A program made the position numbers and the translations under genes. Positions 1 to 14,189 of a stretch of DNA of 64,000 nucleotides are shown one piece after another; positions within the stretch are counted from its first letter, which is position 1, and each line of letters begins with the position of its first letter. The stretch lies in assembly GCF_009914755.1 (NCBI RefSeq), contig NC_060928.1. The stretch is one strand, 5' to 3'. The notes below the pieces were generated by a model. It was not told the origin of the DNA. It saw nothing but the letters and a program-made list of their open reading frames with translations, and ran no database searches. Origin of the DNA: the human T2T-CHM13v2.0 reference genome, Homo sapiens.

Positions 1-2600
1 ATAGCCCATTAAAAAGATTATTCATCATGACCAAGTGTGATTTATCCTAGGAATGCAAGGATGGTTCAACAACATATACAAATCAATCATGTCAATAGAA
101 TGAAGGACAAAATCATATGATCATTTCAATTGATGCTATAAAAGCATTTGGTAAAATTCAATATCCCTAAATGGTAAAAACCCTCAAAAAACTGGGTATA
201 GAAGGAACCTACCTTAACAAAATAAAAGCCATATACAATAGACCCACAGCTAGTATCATATGGAATGGGGACAAACTGAAAGCCTTTCCTTTAAAATCTG
301 GAACATGACAAGGATGTTCACTTTACCACTGTTATTCAACACAGTGCTGAAAGTCCTAGCTAGAGCAATCAGATAAGAGAAAGAAATAAAGGACATTCAA
401 ATCAGAAAGGAAGAAATCAAATTGTCACTGTTTGTAGATAATAAGATCTTATATTTGGAAAAACATAATGACTCCAACAAGAAAACTGCTATAACTGATA
501 AACAAATTCAGTAAAGTTGCAGGATATAATACTAACATACAAAAATCAGTAGCATTTTTATATTCCAACATGTAACAATTTGAAAAAGAAAAAAGTAATC
601 CAATTTAAAATAGCTACAAATAAAATCAAGTACCTAGAAATTAATTTAACCAAAGAAGTGAAAGATCTCTACAATGAAAACTATAAAACATTGCTGAAAG
701 AAACTGAAGATAACACAGAATAATGGAAAGTCATTCCATGTTCATGGATTGGAAGAATCAGTTTTGTTTAAAATGTTTGTACTACCCAAAGCAATCTACG
801 GATTCAACTCAATATCTATCAAAATGCCAGTGGCATTTTTCACAAACATAGAAAGAACAATCCTACAAGTTATATGGAGCCACAAAAGACCTGGAATACC
901 AAAGCTATACTGAGCAAAGAGAACAAAACTGAAGGAATCACATTACCTGATTTCAAATTAAACTCAGAGCTATAGGAAACAAAACAGTATGATGCTGGCA
1001 TAAAATCAGATACTTAGACCAATGGAACAGAATAGAGAACTCAGAAAACAATCTGTACATCTACAGCGAACTTATTTTCAACAAATATGCTAAGAATGTA
1101 TATTTGGGAAAAGTGTCTCTTCAATAAATGGTGCTGGGAAAACTGGATATCCATATGCATAAGAATGAAACCAAACTTCTATCTCTCACCATATACAAAC
1201 ATCAAATCAAAATAGATTAAAGAATTAAATCGAAGACCACAACCTATAAAACTGCTGCAAGAAAACATTGGAAAAACTGTCCATAACTTTGGATTGGGCA
1301 AAGATTTCTTAAGTAATACCCCACAAGCCCAGACAAACAAAGCAAAATGGACAAATGAGATCACATCAAGTTAAAAAGCTGCTGCACAGCAAAGGAAAGA
1401 ATTACCAAAGTTAACAGACAAGAAACAGAATGGGAGGAAATATTTGGAAACTACCCATCTGCCAGGGGATTAATAATCAAAATATTTAAGTATCTCAAAC
1501 AACTCTATAGGAAAATGTCTAAAACTCCAATTAAAAATGGGCAGAATATTTTCATACACATTTCTTAAAAGAAGACATACAAATGGCAAACATGTATATG
1601 AAAAGATACCCAACAAAATTGATTATCCAAGAAATACAAATCAAAACTACAATGGGATATCATCTTACCCAGTTAAAATGTCTTTTATTCAAAAGACAGA
1701 CAATAACAAATGTTGGCAAGTTTGCGGAGAAAAGGAAACCCTGGTACACTGTTGATGGGAATGTAAATTAGCACCACCACTATGGAGAACAATAAAGAGT
1801 TCCTCAAAAAACTGAAAATAGAGCTACCATATGATCCAGCAATCCCACTGCTAGGTACATACCCAAAAGAAAGAAAATCAGCATATCGAAGGTATCTGCA
1901 CCCCAAAGTTTATTGCAACACTATTCAAAATAGCCAAGATTTGGAAGCAACCTAAGCGTTCATCAGCAGATGTATGGAATGTGGTACATATACACAATGC
2001 AGTACTATTAAGCTATAAAAGGAACGAGATCCTGTCATTTCAAACAACATGGATGAAACCAGAGGTCATTATGTTAAATGAAATTAGCCAGGAACAGAAA
2101 GACAAACTTTGCATGCTCTGACTTATTTATGAGAGCTAAAAATTAAAACTAATGAATTCATGAAGATAGAGAGTAGAAGGATGGTTTTGAATACAGAGGA
2201 AAATAAAAGAGAGAGAGAGTAGAATGATGGTTATTAGAGGCTGAGAAGGGAGAGAGTAGAATGATGGTTATTAGAGGCTGAGAAGGGTAGTCGGCAGGGG
2301 GAAGTGGGAATAATTAATGGGTACAAAAATATAATTATGTAGAATAAATAATATATAGTATTTGATAGCATGACGGTGAATACAGTCAACAATAAATTAT
2401 TGTACATTTTAAAATAAAGAGTATAATTGAATTGTTTATAACACAAAGAAAGGATAAATGCTTGAGGTGATGGATACGCCATGAACTATGGTGTGATTAA
2501 TATGCATTGTATGCCTGTATTAAAATATTTCACATACCCCATAAATATGAACACCTACTATGTACCCACAAAAATTGAAAATCAAAAAAAAATTAAAAAA
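1..2600 (+). mobile_element. L1 LINE (L1MA1-3-like): degenerate ORF2 RT to C-terminus, 3'UTR and A-rich tail; runs off the window start
   Basis: Opens with decayed IKKIIHHDQV.FI.GMQGWFN coding sequence; L1MA-type 3' end 'ggataaatgcttgaggtgatggatac...ctactatgtacccacaaaaatt' followed by an A-rich tail; no long ORF. Confidence 0.93.
2214..2287 (+). repeat. Perfect 2 x 37-bp tandem duplication in L1 3'UTR
   Basis: agagagtagaatgatggttattagaggctgagaaggg at 2214-2250 and 2251-2287. Confidence 0.95.
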
Positions 2601-3270
2601 TCAAAAAAGTAAAAAACTATAAAAAAGTTACTAAATAGCAAGTAACTAAAAAAAGTTACTAAACAGCACGTTCCTTGCTATTTAGCAAGGATATAGGTGA
2701 CTGAGTACTATAAAAATATGTAGACAATAACAGAAAAAAGAGAAATTAAGAGAAATATATCAATATGGTAAGAGTATGCAGCATGGCATGGTTGAAATAG
2801 TCCTGGTATTTGTAGTTGTAAGATGTTTCATTTTTCCTATAGCCTGTTAATATGTGTTTGTATGATCATGACTAAATCATTTAAATTCACTCATATCCAG
2901 ACCTGAAAATTAATAATGATAATAATAAAATCCCTATTTATTACAATATTTGTTTTAAAAATCAAATAAGATAATTCATCTGAAAAAATTCTTTGGAAAG
3001 CTTTATGTAAACATTATTATTTGTCCTTTTACAAATATTATCATATGTGGCATTTAAATAATGGTTAAATATAAATATATATTATAGAAACAAACATTTA
3101 TTCTAAGAGCTTAGAATAACTGTCAGGATAGAAGACATAGTTTTGGCAGTTGTGTATAGGAAGAAGGCAAAGGCTGCTTTTTTATATCTGAGGTTATCTA
3201 TACACATAATGATTATTTCATACCCTTCAGGTTTCAGTGAATTTATATCATAGGGTTCAGTTCACTAGGA

Positions 3271-3354
3271 CTAGGACTAATGGAGATTTGGGGACTACTC
3301 TTAGGACTAATAGAGACTTGGGGAGAATAGTTCCAAAATCTCCATTAGTCCTAG
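3271..3354. repeat. 30-bp inverted repeat with a 24-bp spacer that is a direct copy of the left arm
   Basis: 3271-3300 matches the reverse complement of 3325-3354 at 27/30; 3301-3324 repeats 3271-3294. Confidence 0.9.
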
Positions 3355-3572
3355 GAATAATAGATGGTGTCAACTATCTCAGTGGTTTGTTCATATCCAT
3401 CTTTCTCAAAAGCTTGGGTAGATTTTTGTGCAAGAACAATGAACTTTTAAGTTGGATAGAAAATCCTCTAGTAGTGAGAAAATGTGCACAGATGGTTGAT
3501 GAGGTCCAGAGGTGTACTCCAAAGGCAGCTTATTCTACTTAGGGGCACGGAAAACTTAGACATTAGAAAGAA

Positions 3573-3874
3573 TTTTTTTTTTTTTTTTTTTTGAGATGGA
3601 GTCTCACTCTGTAGCCCAAGCTGAAGTGCAGTGGCATGTTCTCAGCTCACTGTAATCTTCACCTCCCAGGTTCAAGCGATTCTCCTGCCTCAGCCTCCTG
3701 AGTAGCTGGCATTACAGGCACCCAGCACCACACTCAGCTAATTTTTGTAATGTTAGTAGAGTTGGGGTTTCACCATGTTGGACAAGCTGGTCTCGAATTC
3801 CTGACCTCAGCTGATCTGCTCACTCTGGCCTTCCCAAATGCCGAGATTGCAGGCATGAGCCACCGCGACCAGCC
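3573..3874 (-). mobile_element. Alu (AluS)
   Basis: Poly-T, then gagatggagtctcactct ... ggcatgagccaccgcgaccagcc. Confidence 0.97.
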
Positions 3875-5989
3875 ACGAAGGAGAATTCTTAACAAGGATC
3901 TTAATTGTCTAAAATGATGTTAATAAAACCCTACTAGCAAACCTGAGAGGAGTTTGAATATTCTTTATCTTGGATCATTTCTTATTCAGTGGCAAAATGA
4001 ATAGGGTGTTTTGCTTGAATTGGAGTTGCATGAAACATGAAAATCAGGAAAATTCATTAAAACTCTAAGTTTGACAGTGCGTGTAGCACTATAACTAAGC
4101 AACCAAAAAATATATTTATCCAGGAAAAGGGAAATTGAGTTAAAAGACACGTGTGTCCTAAATAGTTGTATACAGAAACACTAGCAGACACACACACAAA
4201 AAAACAAGGGTAGCCTGGAATATATTTAGAAGAATAAATGATGTTATAAAAGGCAACCATCCAAAAGAACTATAAAAGGAATTTTATGACTCATGCATCT
4301 CTCTAATTGTGACTTTGGAGTTACAGACACAGTTTCTGATGAGGAAAATATATAAGAAATCTACCACTAAATGGCATAGAAGGTCAAATGATGAGGCACT
4401 AGCAAAATATAACTAGACACATTAAAAAGAAAAGTCAAAAACTTAAATGCAGTCACCTCACTCCTTTCTACCCTATGTTCCCAACACTATTCCTATATGT
4501 CACATTCATGCTCACACAGGCAGATAGAGGTACAAGGGTCATTAACTTCACTTTGAGAGAGTAAAATAACAATGTGTTGATAACATATAGGACAGCACAT
4601 TAAGAAACAAGTTTTGTTTTGCTTTGTTTTGTTTCGCCATAGAGATTGTGTGGTATACTCATTTGCAATCATAATACATTTGGATGACTTCTCTGATTTA
4701 CACAGATTTTACTGATTTACTCAGTTACTGCTTATTGAAATCCTACTAGACAGGCCAAGTCAACCTTGAAACCAAAGAACAGCATATCCAATCTCTATAT
4801 GGCTCTATAAGAAGGACAGTTCAGAAGAGTACAGTTTTTAGGCTATTCTTTCCTGGTCTCCCTAACACCTAGCAAAATCTTCAAAACAGTTCATAAAATG
4901 GCCAGAACTTAAGTTGTCTCAATGTCAACAATCTGTATGTATTTGGGGGTTGCTCAGGTATATAACGAATGTGCTCATGATCAAGTTTTTTCTAGCTGCT
5001 ACCACTGGTCATCTTTGCCAATGTTCCACCATAAAGAGCAATGAAAAAGCTCTGGTCTCTGCTGGCATCACCTATGAGTGCTGAAGGACTCGTGGCCAAA
5101 GCTGTGTGCTTCTGTGGAAATGTCTGGTGGCAGAATGGGGTTAGTGTACCCCATGTTTTACTCAGCTTAGTGAAATGCATCTTTTAGGTTTTATGCCAAC
5201 TCACTGGGACATAGACCTAGCATAGACCCTAGCCAAGGAGAGACTCTATTCATTGTTCCTTTACCCATCTAAAACCTAAGTTTCTCTGTACAGTTCAAGC
5301 CCATGATGCCTAGCAAATTATTTTATTACAATTAGGTTGTCATTATCTGCATTGTCAACATTGTCATTGTTATTGTTTTGTTGACTGATTCCTCAAAACT
5401 ACCTTCCTGCCACTTTTAGGGTTGGCCAGATGTGACCAAAAGCATGAGGTCTTTTCAAGGAGGCTCTTCAACCCAGTGTAAATGAACTTCTTTGCAGCCT
5501 TTCCCACTAGTTCATCAAATGTGCCCAGATATACCTGAGCACTGGCAATGAAATGAAGGCTCAAACATGGTTTAAGATCCCCATTGTGCACATTTGTGTT
5601 TTGGAGCAGATGACTGGACTCAACTTCTACAAAGGCTAATCTCTTCATGCCTATCAATACTAAAAACTCTCCCTTGGCTACCTATATTTGCATTAGTGTT
5701 TCAGAAAGTGCATTTCTTGGAACCTATGTCAATAAGGGGTTCCATGAAAAAAAGTTTGATATGATTGGAAAGAACTACATTTTGTATTTCCCTACTGGAA
5801 TGTTTGAATTAGCATATTAAAGACCTTTGCTCATCTGGAGAGTTTTTTTTTTTCCAAAACCAATTAACTTTTACCTTCCTTCATGTATCTTTCTCTGCAA
5901 GCCTCTTCACTAAATTATTCTCATGTGCATATATATTAATTTTTAATATATAATTTTATAATTATTACACAAACAACAATGTATTTTTT

Positions 5990-7650
5990 AAAAATTTTTA
6001 GCTTTTTACTTTTAAATAATTATAGAAGGATATAAACATAGTACAAAGAGTTTCTATTTATCTTCACTAAGCTTCCCTAAAAGGTAGCATGATACATAAT
6101 TGTAGTAAAGTATCAGAATCAGATAGTAACAGTGATAGTATGCTGTTAAATAATCTACAGAAACCATTTGTCCCACTAATACCTTTATGATCCAGGATAA
6201 AATTGAGGATCTCATTTGCATTTATATGCCAAATCTCCTCGTTTTTTTCTAATCTAGTACGGTGTTTCTTTTATTGTTTGTTTCAAGACCTTGACCCTTT
6301 TGAAGAGGTTATTTTATAGATAGAAGCCAGTTATTTTATAGATTAGCTCTTCTTTTATATGTCTGTTTCCTCATTATTTAATTGAGGTTTTGCATTTTTG
6401 GTAAGAATTTCACATAAGTGATGTTTTTAGTACAGCAAATCAGGAGACAGATGATAGCAATGTATCTGTTACTAGTAATGTTAACTGATGACTTTAGCAT
6501 TTTTTCTGTATAACTAATAAGTATCTTTTAGATAGCTATTTTGAGACTATGAAAATATCCTACATCTCATACTTTTGCCCACTAATTCTAGCATTCACTG
6601 ATACCACAATTAGTACTGTGCTGTCTGCCATATATTGATTTTTATTTCCATCATTATTTTCAATTTATTATTCAGGATTCTACTCTGAGAGTGCCCCTTC
6701 TTTATCTACTTCCTGATCATCTACATCACTAATTGAACTCACAGATTTTCAGATTTTCAGTTGATTCTATCAGTTACATCCATTATAGTAATTATCCATT
6801 TTGTTGCTCTAATTATCCCAGATGTAACTATTGGGAGCTCTATCAAATTGGTTTCTGTGTTCTTTCAACATGCAGGCGTATCTTGAATTTCTTCTGCCCA
6901 GACCTAGAATCTACCACGTCTCCAAGTTAGTCTCATTTCTTTAATTGGAGAATGGTATTTAGAAACCAAGATATGGAAGCTAGCTTAGCTAATTACTATT
7001 AAGGCAACACTGCTTCTCAGTGAGCAACGCTAGGAAATAATAAGTATATGCGTATATGTAATATACGATGTCTGTATATATTTTATTCCATTCTAACACC
7101 ACAGAGTTCATCCTAGTATTCCCCATGTCCATATTTTTAACTCTTTTCCCTAACAATGAGAAACCTGTATCTCATCATGAACAATATGTTTACACAAAAA
7201 TTAGCTTTAGAATTGCTAACCCATAACCTTGTGAAGAAAAACTTACTAACTGCAACAGGATATTGGTGTATGTTTTTTTCTGGGTTTTGGCTTTTCAATA
7301 TCAAGTCAAAATGCTGTTTTCCAACATTAATTAGTTCAATTTTGTCTTCCCTACTTTGTTAAGACAGTTACGCTAATTGTCTTTGTTTATTTCTTACTTA
7401 CTATTCTTATTTTGTCTAGGTTATCCCCAGGTCCTAGTTGCTTTTAGTTACTTATTTATATTTTGTATATGTTAAATGTCACTAAGGTACTGAAAGTCAA
7501 ACTAAGTAAACAGGTATACTCAGAGTGTCACTCCTTCCTCATTTCTTCTATACCATTCTTTTATTTTCATGTTCAACATATTTTCATCCATCCTCTATAG
7601 ATAAGCAATTTCATAAGTTTCTGGTTTACCCTTTATAGCTTTATATTTGC
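5990..7650 (-). mobile_element. Old L1 3' region (L1MC4/5-like)
   Basis: Motifs such as 'ggagaatggtatttagaaaccaagat' and 'gatccaggat...ttgcattta' resemble antisense L1MC 3'UTR; heavily diverged. Confidence 0.65.
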
Positions 7651-7816
7651 TCAAATTAGTAGATACTTCTTAATTTAAAAAAAAAGAATTTTGAAAATAA
7701 TCAGACCTACTCTTTTTCTATTCTCCATCTCATTTATTTCAGCTTTTACCTCTAGTGTTTGCTTTTTGTGCTTTCTTTTTATTTACATTGGGTTTTTTTT
7801 TAGTTTTTTTGTGTAC

Positions 7817-9346
7817 TGCTAGACTGAATGTTTGTATTTTCTCAAAATTCACACGTTGAAATTCTAATGATAGCAGCAGGAGGCAGACAAATTCTAGGCA
7901 GATAGGGGCAGGTCCCTGGTGAGACCCCCACCTTCAAGCCAAAGACAGCCTGCAGCCTGAAAACCAGGGTGCCAGTCCTGGATACAGTCCACCACCTGGA
8001 GTGAGAATTACCTCTACACCTTTTAGCAAACTGAATGGTGCTTTTTCCAGGCTTGCCCATGGACCAATCAGCACACACTCCCCCATTCTGACTCCATAAA
8101 AACCCCAGAATCAGCCACACATGGGGACTACCAGCCTTCAGGTAGGAGCTACCCACTTCAGGTACCCTCTCATGTCGAGAGCTGTTCTACCATTCAATGA
8201 AACTCTTCTCCACCTTGCTCACTCTTCAGTTGTCCATATAACCTCATTCTTCTTGGATGCGGGACAAGAACCCGGAACCCACCAAATAGTGGGTGCAAAA
8301 GGAGGTGTAACACTGTAGCCCTCCCTCCCTCTTCCAGTGCTGGGCAGGTTCTCCATGTGATGGGAAGTGGTAGCGGGTGGGGGGTGGGTGGGGGCGGCAG
8401 CCCAGAAGCTGCAGGCTGGAGTGAAGCAGTGGAATAGAAGGAGCTGTAACACAAATGAGCTGAAACACATTCCTGGCTGGCCCTTGAGCTGGGGTGGTGA
8501 CACATTTCCATTCATCAGACTATGAGACAAGCGCTGCAACCCTTCTGGAGGCCCAGACTTTGAGACTTCCCAAGCCAGAGATGTGGCATGCTGTAATACC
8601 CCCTTGGGGCTCTGAGGTTACTGGCATCTCCAAGTTTTTGGGCACCACCCGGTTCCCCTTGTCCAGACACTGACACGCAAGGCAGAAGCCGATTGAGGCA
8701 TGCCAGGTCCAGCTGCAGCCTCACATGGAGCTCATGCATGTGTTGCCTCCTGGAGCTTCCTGCCCTGCCACAGCACAGTCTGCCTGGCTGTGCACTGTGG
8801 CTGGACACCTCACTCGCTTGCTCATGTACCCCTCACCTCTCCACACCTGGCCTGCCTGTGATGGTCATGGAATCCAAGCCAGTAGCATGAGCTGAACTCA
8901 GCCTACCAGGCTGAGTGGGCAGAGTTAGCCCAGTGGTCACAAGTGAAACCCAGGCAGAGGCTCCACCAGCCACAGAGGTTTCCAGCTGGCAAAGTGGCAC
9001 CAAAAGAATCCTGTGTCACTAACCCTCAGTGAGATGATATAATACTACCTCACCAATAAAGGAAGGGGCTTTAGGAGGTGATTAGGTCATGAGTATGGCG
9101 CTCTCATGAATAGGATTGATGCCCTTACAAAACAGGCCCCAGAGAGCTCCTTTGCCCCCCAGGTGAGGACCCGGCAAGAAGATTCACTCTATGAACCAGA
9201 AAAGGGGTCCTCACCAGACACTGAATCTGCCAGTGCCTTGATTGTGAATTTCTCACTTTCCAGAACTATAAGAAATAAATTTGTGTTATTTATAGGCCAC
9301 GTAGTCTATGATAGTTTTGTTATAGCGGCCCAAACATACTAAGACA
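7817..9346 (+). mobile_element. MLT1A-type MaLR solo LTR, split by an ERV1 LTR
   Basis: tgctagactgaatgtttg...gttgaaattctaa, resuming at 9019 ctaaccctcagtg...ccctcaccagacac-like...actaagaca; near-TSD tgtac/agtac. Confidence 0.85.
7868..9018 (+). mobile_element. ERV1 solo LTR (LTR28/LTR27/MER52 group), 1151 bp
   Basis: TG...CA termini (tgatagcagcaggaggcagac ... aatcctgtgtca), exact 4-bp TSD CTAA at 7864-7867 and 9019-9022; GC-rich. Confidence 0.88.
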
Positions 9347-9801
9347 AGTACTTAACTCATCTTTATTATTCAATGTTTACTATTAAAAATGTTTGGTGAT
9401 AGAACTTTTAAAATGCACTCTGTATATTCTGACACTTTAAAAAAATTCTATAGTTACAATTTACATCTCTTTTTATAAAAAAATTTAATAGAGATTTTTA
9501 AGTTTTCAAGTAAAAGACATTTTGGTTTATGATTTTGTTGAAAATTTCTAGTTTTGCTGCATTGTGATTAAAGATTACTATTTACAATATCTCTATTTTA
9601 TGGAATTACTATAGTTTCTGTGTGTAAATGAGAGTGCCACTTAATATGTATACATTTTGGTAATGTAATATGGGCATATGAGAGGAAGATATATGCCCTT
9701 TTATAAAGGTGTGAAGTTTGGTATATATCCACATAATTTGCTTTATTTGTTATGTTTTTAGTTCTTCTACCTTATTACTGATTTTGTGCCCACTTTTTGT
9801 C

Positions 9802-10353
9802 TGTCTGAGAAAAAAGGAATGCAGTCCCTGACATTCAGGAACAAGGCTTCAGTGTTGTTATAGCTGGCCTAAGTGCTCACATTCAGGCCACATTTTTCTC
9901 CTTTTGGAATAACAGCCTGATGTCTGACAGATTGCTCTGTGACCGTGATAAAGGGAGACCAAAAACAAGGTCACTTCCTAATGTTGTCTAAGCACACGAT
10001 TAGTAACAAAGTCACTAGGTAAACCATAAAATACAAATTTTTTGCTATCCAGCTGATGTGAGTGGCTCCTACTTCGTCACAAATTACAGCTTTATCCTCA
10101 CTCTAGTTGCCTCCCTTCTGAATAAGATTTATTAAGATGCAAATAGAATTGTCCCCACATTCTGACAGCACTCTTCTGTAAACTCTCCCCAAATATCCTA
10201 AGTACAAATTGAATAAGTCTTCTCTAATACCTTTCTATTGACATCCCTTATGATTCCCCACAGTGCGCAGTTTTCCTCATTGCAATGAACATTAAGCCTA
10301 ACCTGTTTACCTACTGGTGTGATACTGCTGGTCTTGGGCTGGAGAGCTTGACA
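9802..10353 (+). mobile_element. Old ERV1/MER4-group-like solo LTR, family uncertain
   Basis: TG...TTGACA termini, near-TSD tgtc/tatc, 3' end 'ggtgtg...ggtcttgggctggagagcttgaca'; interrupts the old L1. Confidence 0.55.
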
Positions 10354-10669
10354 TATCTTATACTGAGAGTGGCATATTAAAGTCTTCTATTATCTGTACG
10401 TTACTATCCAGGTACTGTTTTTCACAGAAGGAGTTACTTTGTTATTTATTCGTAAATGTTTTACGAGTATTCGTAAGTGTTTTAGTGTTATTTTGACTCG
10501 TGGATTTTAGCACAGGTACCCTTCGTCATCTTAACGCTTTTTAGCTTGTATTCTATGTTGAGTGATACGATTTCTACTTTAGTATCTTTGTCCATGCCTT
10601 TATTTTCAGCCTTTCTGAATGACTTTGCTTTAGTTGTGTTCCATGAGCCAAGTTAAAAATATTTTTTTA

Positions 10670-10997
<328 letters not shown>

Positions 10998-12619
10998 TTA
11001 AGCCATTCTTATTTATTGATGTGGTGGATATATTTGTGTTAACTCTATCATAATGTTTTATAATCGTGTGCTATGTTTATCTACAAGATGTATATTGTTT
11101 ACTCTTTAATTTATAAGCATATATAAGTGTATACTTGTATTTAGGAAGGTTTGACTTTTTATTGTAGTGAACATAGTTGTACTTTTATCTTTAATGTCCT
11201 TAGTCCACTGTTTTATAATTTTATCTTTTACTCTCTGGTTTGTCAGCTTTTAATGGGGTCCTTAGTTCCCACCCATTGTTTATATAGCAATGAATGAGCT
11301 TATTCTACTTTCATTTGGCCGCTCCTTTCTCCTCCATTTTGAAGCTGTACTTTTCTACTTTGTCATGAATAAAGTTAGGTCATTATTATTTCACCTCCTC
11401 TCTAATGTTGTTTTAAATTTTGACTTAAAAACAAAGAGTGTTTTTCTTACCATTAGCACCTTAACAGAAGCATTCTCAGTTATCTTTTGGAAGGTGAAAT
11501 TATTCTTGTAGTGTATTAAAGAAAAACTTATGGATGTGGAATTTTCTACATTTTGTATATTAGCTTTTATTTTCTAAAGCATTGATGCCTGAAGGATAGC
11601 TTGGTTAGATATAATATCCTTGGTTTACATTTCTTTGTTTGTTTTCCAAAACCACTGCTCTATCGCTGCCTTGCTTTGCATGATGTCTTCGAAAATTATG
11701 ATGCCAATCTAATTATTTGACTCTCTTTAGTATTTGATTTCTACTTTATCTTTGAAATCTAATAGTTTTATAAGACTATGTCTTATAGTTGATTTTTACA
11801 AGTTAACTTGTTCCAGGTGTCTCATGGGATGTTCTAATATGCAGATTTCAGTCTTATTTTTATTTCTGGAAATTTTTCTGAAGTTATACCATTAAATATG
11901 AATATGTCATATTGTTATTTTGTTCAAGGACATCAATTTTATAAATGTTATTCTTCCATTGCTTATGTTTTATTTCTGCCACTTTTTCTCTTTTAACTTC
12001 TTTCTGCCACATTTACATTGCCTTGATTATTTTCTTAATTTTCTTCAATGCTTTTTCTTGAATTTTTATTTGAGTCTATTCTTCATTGCATACTTTCTAA
12101 CTTAGAAATCCTATTACATCGGATAATTTTTTCTAATCTAATCCTCTTCCTTTCTTCCAATTTTGGGTTTATTTCTGGGCTCAGTTTTTAGATTTCTAAT
12201 TCAAAACATTTTTTATATTCCCAAATGTTTACTTGTAGCAAAGTAAAGAGTCCTGATGGTTTGCCTTTTTCTTCTAGTACCTATGCAAATACTTGCCATT
12301 CTGTAATGACTTGCACAAATATAGGAATCTTTGAGAAAGTATAAGACGTATTTACAATTATAATTTATTAATATTTCAAAGGTACACTTAATTAATGGCC
12401 AATTAAAACGAAATAAAGTACATTCTGATGGGTTTATTTTAAGTGTATTGTATTTAACTTAAGATGTAAGAAGATTATTTTTATTAAGTAGACTAATTTC
12501 TTTGGCACATGGTTTCATTCCTACCAGCAACATTCCCTGTGGGTTGCCTATTCAACAGCTCTTTTTCTTCTTCCTTCGCATCTGTAGAGTCCTCATTTTT
12601 TGTCTGGTCTTCATCCCTT

Positions 12620-13055
12620 CTTCATTTGATTTGTGTAAATAACGATTGACTTGTGCTAAACAGGATTGTCACATTCTGTTTGACTAAAGTGATTTAAAAA
12701 GAATTCTACTGGAGAGATCCCGTGAAAGTTTCTTTTTCCCATTAAATATTGATAAAAGGAAAAAAAAGTTTCTCTGCATATGCATGTTATTTTTTAAAGA
12801 TGGGATATTTAAATTTCCTCTGATAATGTTGCAACCATAAAGGTAACTAATACTTCTAGTGCTGAGTGAAAACAGCCTGGGTTGTTAATGAGGTCATGGA
12901 AATAGCAACTGTGAGTATTAACCAACCTTGATTAACTAACCTTGAGTTTGCCTTACCTTCAAGCTTTTTATTACATCAGGTAATAAATTATTTGACGTTT
13001 AAGCTAAGTCGAGCTAGTGTTTAGCATTATTTGAAGGAGGCATTGCTAATAAAGT
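12620..13055 (+). mobile_element. Old MaLR LTR fragment (MLT1J/K/L-like)
   Basis: 3' motif 'ataaattatttgacgtttaagc...ttatttgaagg' resembles old MLT1 ends. Confidence 0.35.
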
Positions 13056-13214
13056 TAAATGGACATTATATTTGTGTTTCACTTCTCCAGGCCTCTTTGT
13101 TTTACTAGTACAACGTTATAAGGGGAAATCAGATCATTTATTGAGACTCATTTGGGTAGATGTTACAAAAAATAACGCAAACTAAGGTTGAGATGAATGC
13201 TCAGTTTAAAAAAA

Positions 13215-13335
13215 GTGGTGGCTTGCACTTATAATCCTATCATTTTGGGAGTCCAAGATGGAAGGGTCACTTGAAGCTAAGATTTTGAGACCAGCCTGGG
13301 TAACGTAGTGAGACCCTGTCACTACAAAAGAATAT
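13215..13335 (+). mobile_element. FLAM / Alu left monomer
   Basis: gtggtggcttgcacttataatcc...gagaccagcctgggtaacgtagtgagaccctgtc, no right arm. Confidence 0.85.
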
Positions 13336-14189
13336 GTTTTAAATCAATCAATAAATAAAAGGAATAATGTAATAAATATATATTTCAAAATATCTTTTGA
13401 AAATTTAGAGTTTTGCCAGCAAAGCAATAGTAATTTTGATAGCCAGGCACAGAAAGATAACTTAAAATGTTATCTTTTATTCTTGAAGAAAAACAGCTCC
13501 CCTCAAAGTTCAATTACATTATTATCATTATTTTGGCAAGCTACTTTTTTTTTTACAAATGATCCAAATTCTAAATTAGTATCATATGAATTTATCATTT
13601 TTCCACATCCTAAATTGTTAATGATATCACTAGTAGCATGTGTAACATTTTTTATATTCCTCACTTCAACTTTCACTTAAAATACCTGAATTAATTTTGT
13701 GATTCTTTGTCACAAGGTATATTTTACAAACTTTTAAAACTCAATGTTATAAAAACAAAAGCCATCAGGAAAAAAAAAACAGGATATAAAATAATACCAC
13801 CCTTTTTTTCTAAAGTTCATCAAATAGAAACTAAAGTTTAATATTTGAAATTTTGATTAAAGTTAAGTAAGCACATGGTGACTTTATTGCAAATGTTTGC
13901 AATTTAGGTTTGTTAATAATGACATTCTTTCGTATAATCAAAAGAATTGAAATGAACTGTGTGGAAAATTTCTGAGCTTTTTTCTTCTTCCTTTGTTTTT
14001 CTGAAAATTTGACTGAGGAGGGCTCAGTGAGGTAGAAGGCAAAGTAGAGTGCATGTGAAAATGAACTTCCAAACAGGAGAAAGAATTCACTGGGTCCAAT
14101 GTTAAGAGAAGTCAAAGGAGAAGGGGACCGAGAACCAACCATGGGGTCCTTTGCTGAATCCCATTAATCCCATTAATGTTTAATGCTAC

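Noticed and set aside
5370-5657. 95-aa ORF in apparently unique sequence
   Set aside because: Non-ATG start, no recognisable domain or exon structure; length expected by chance.
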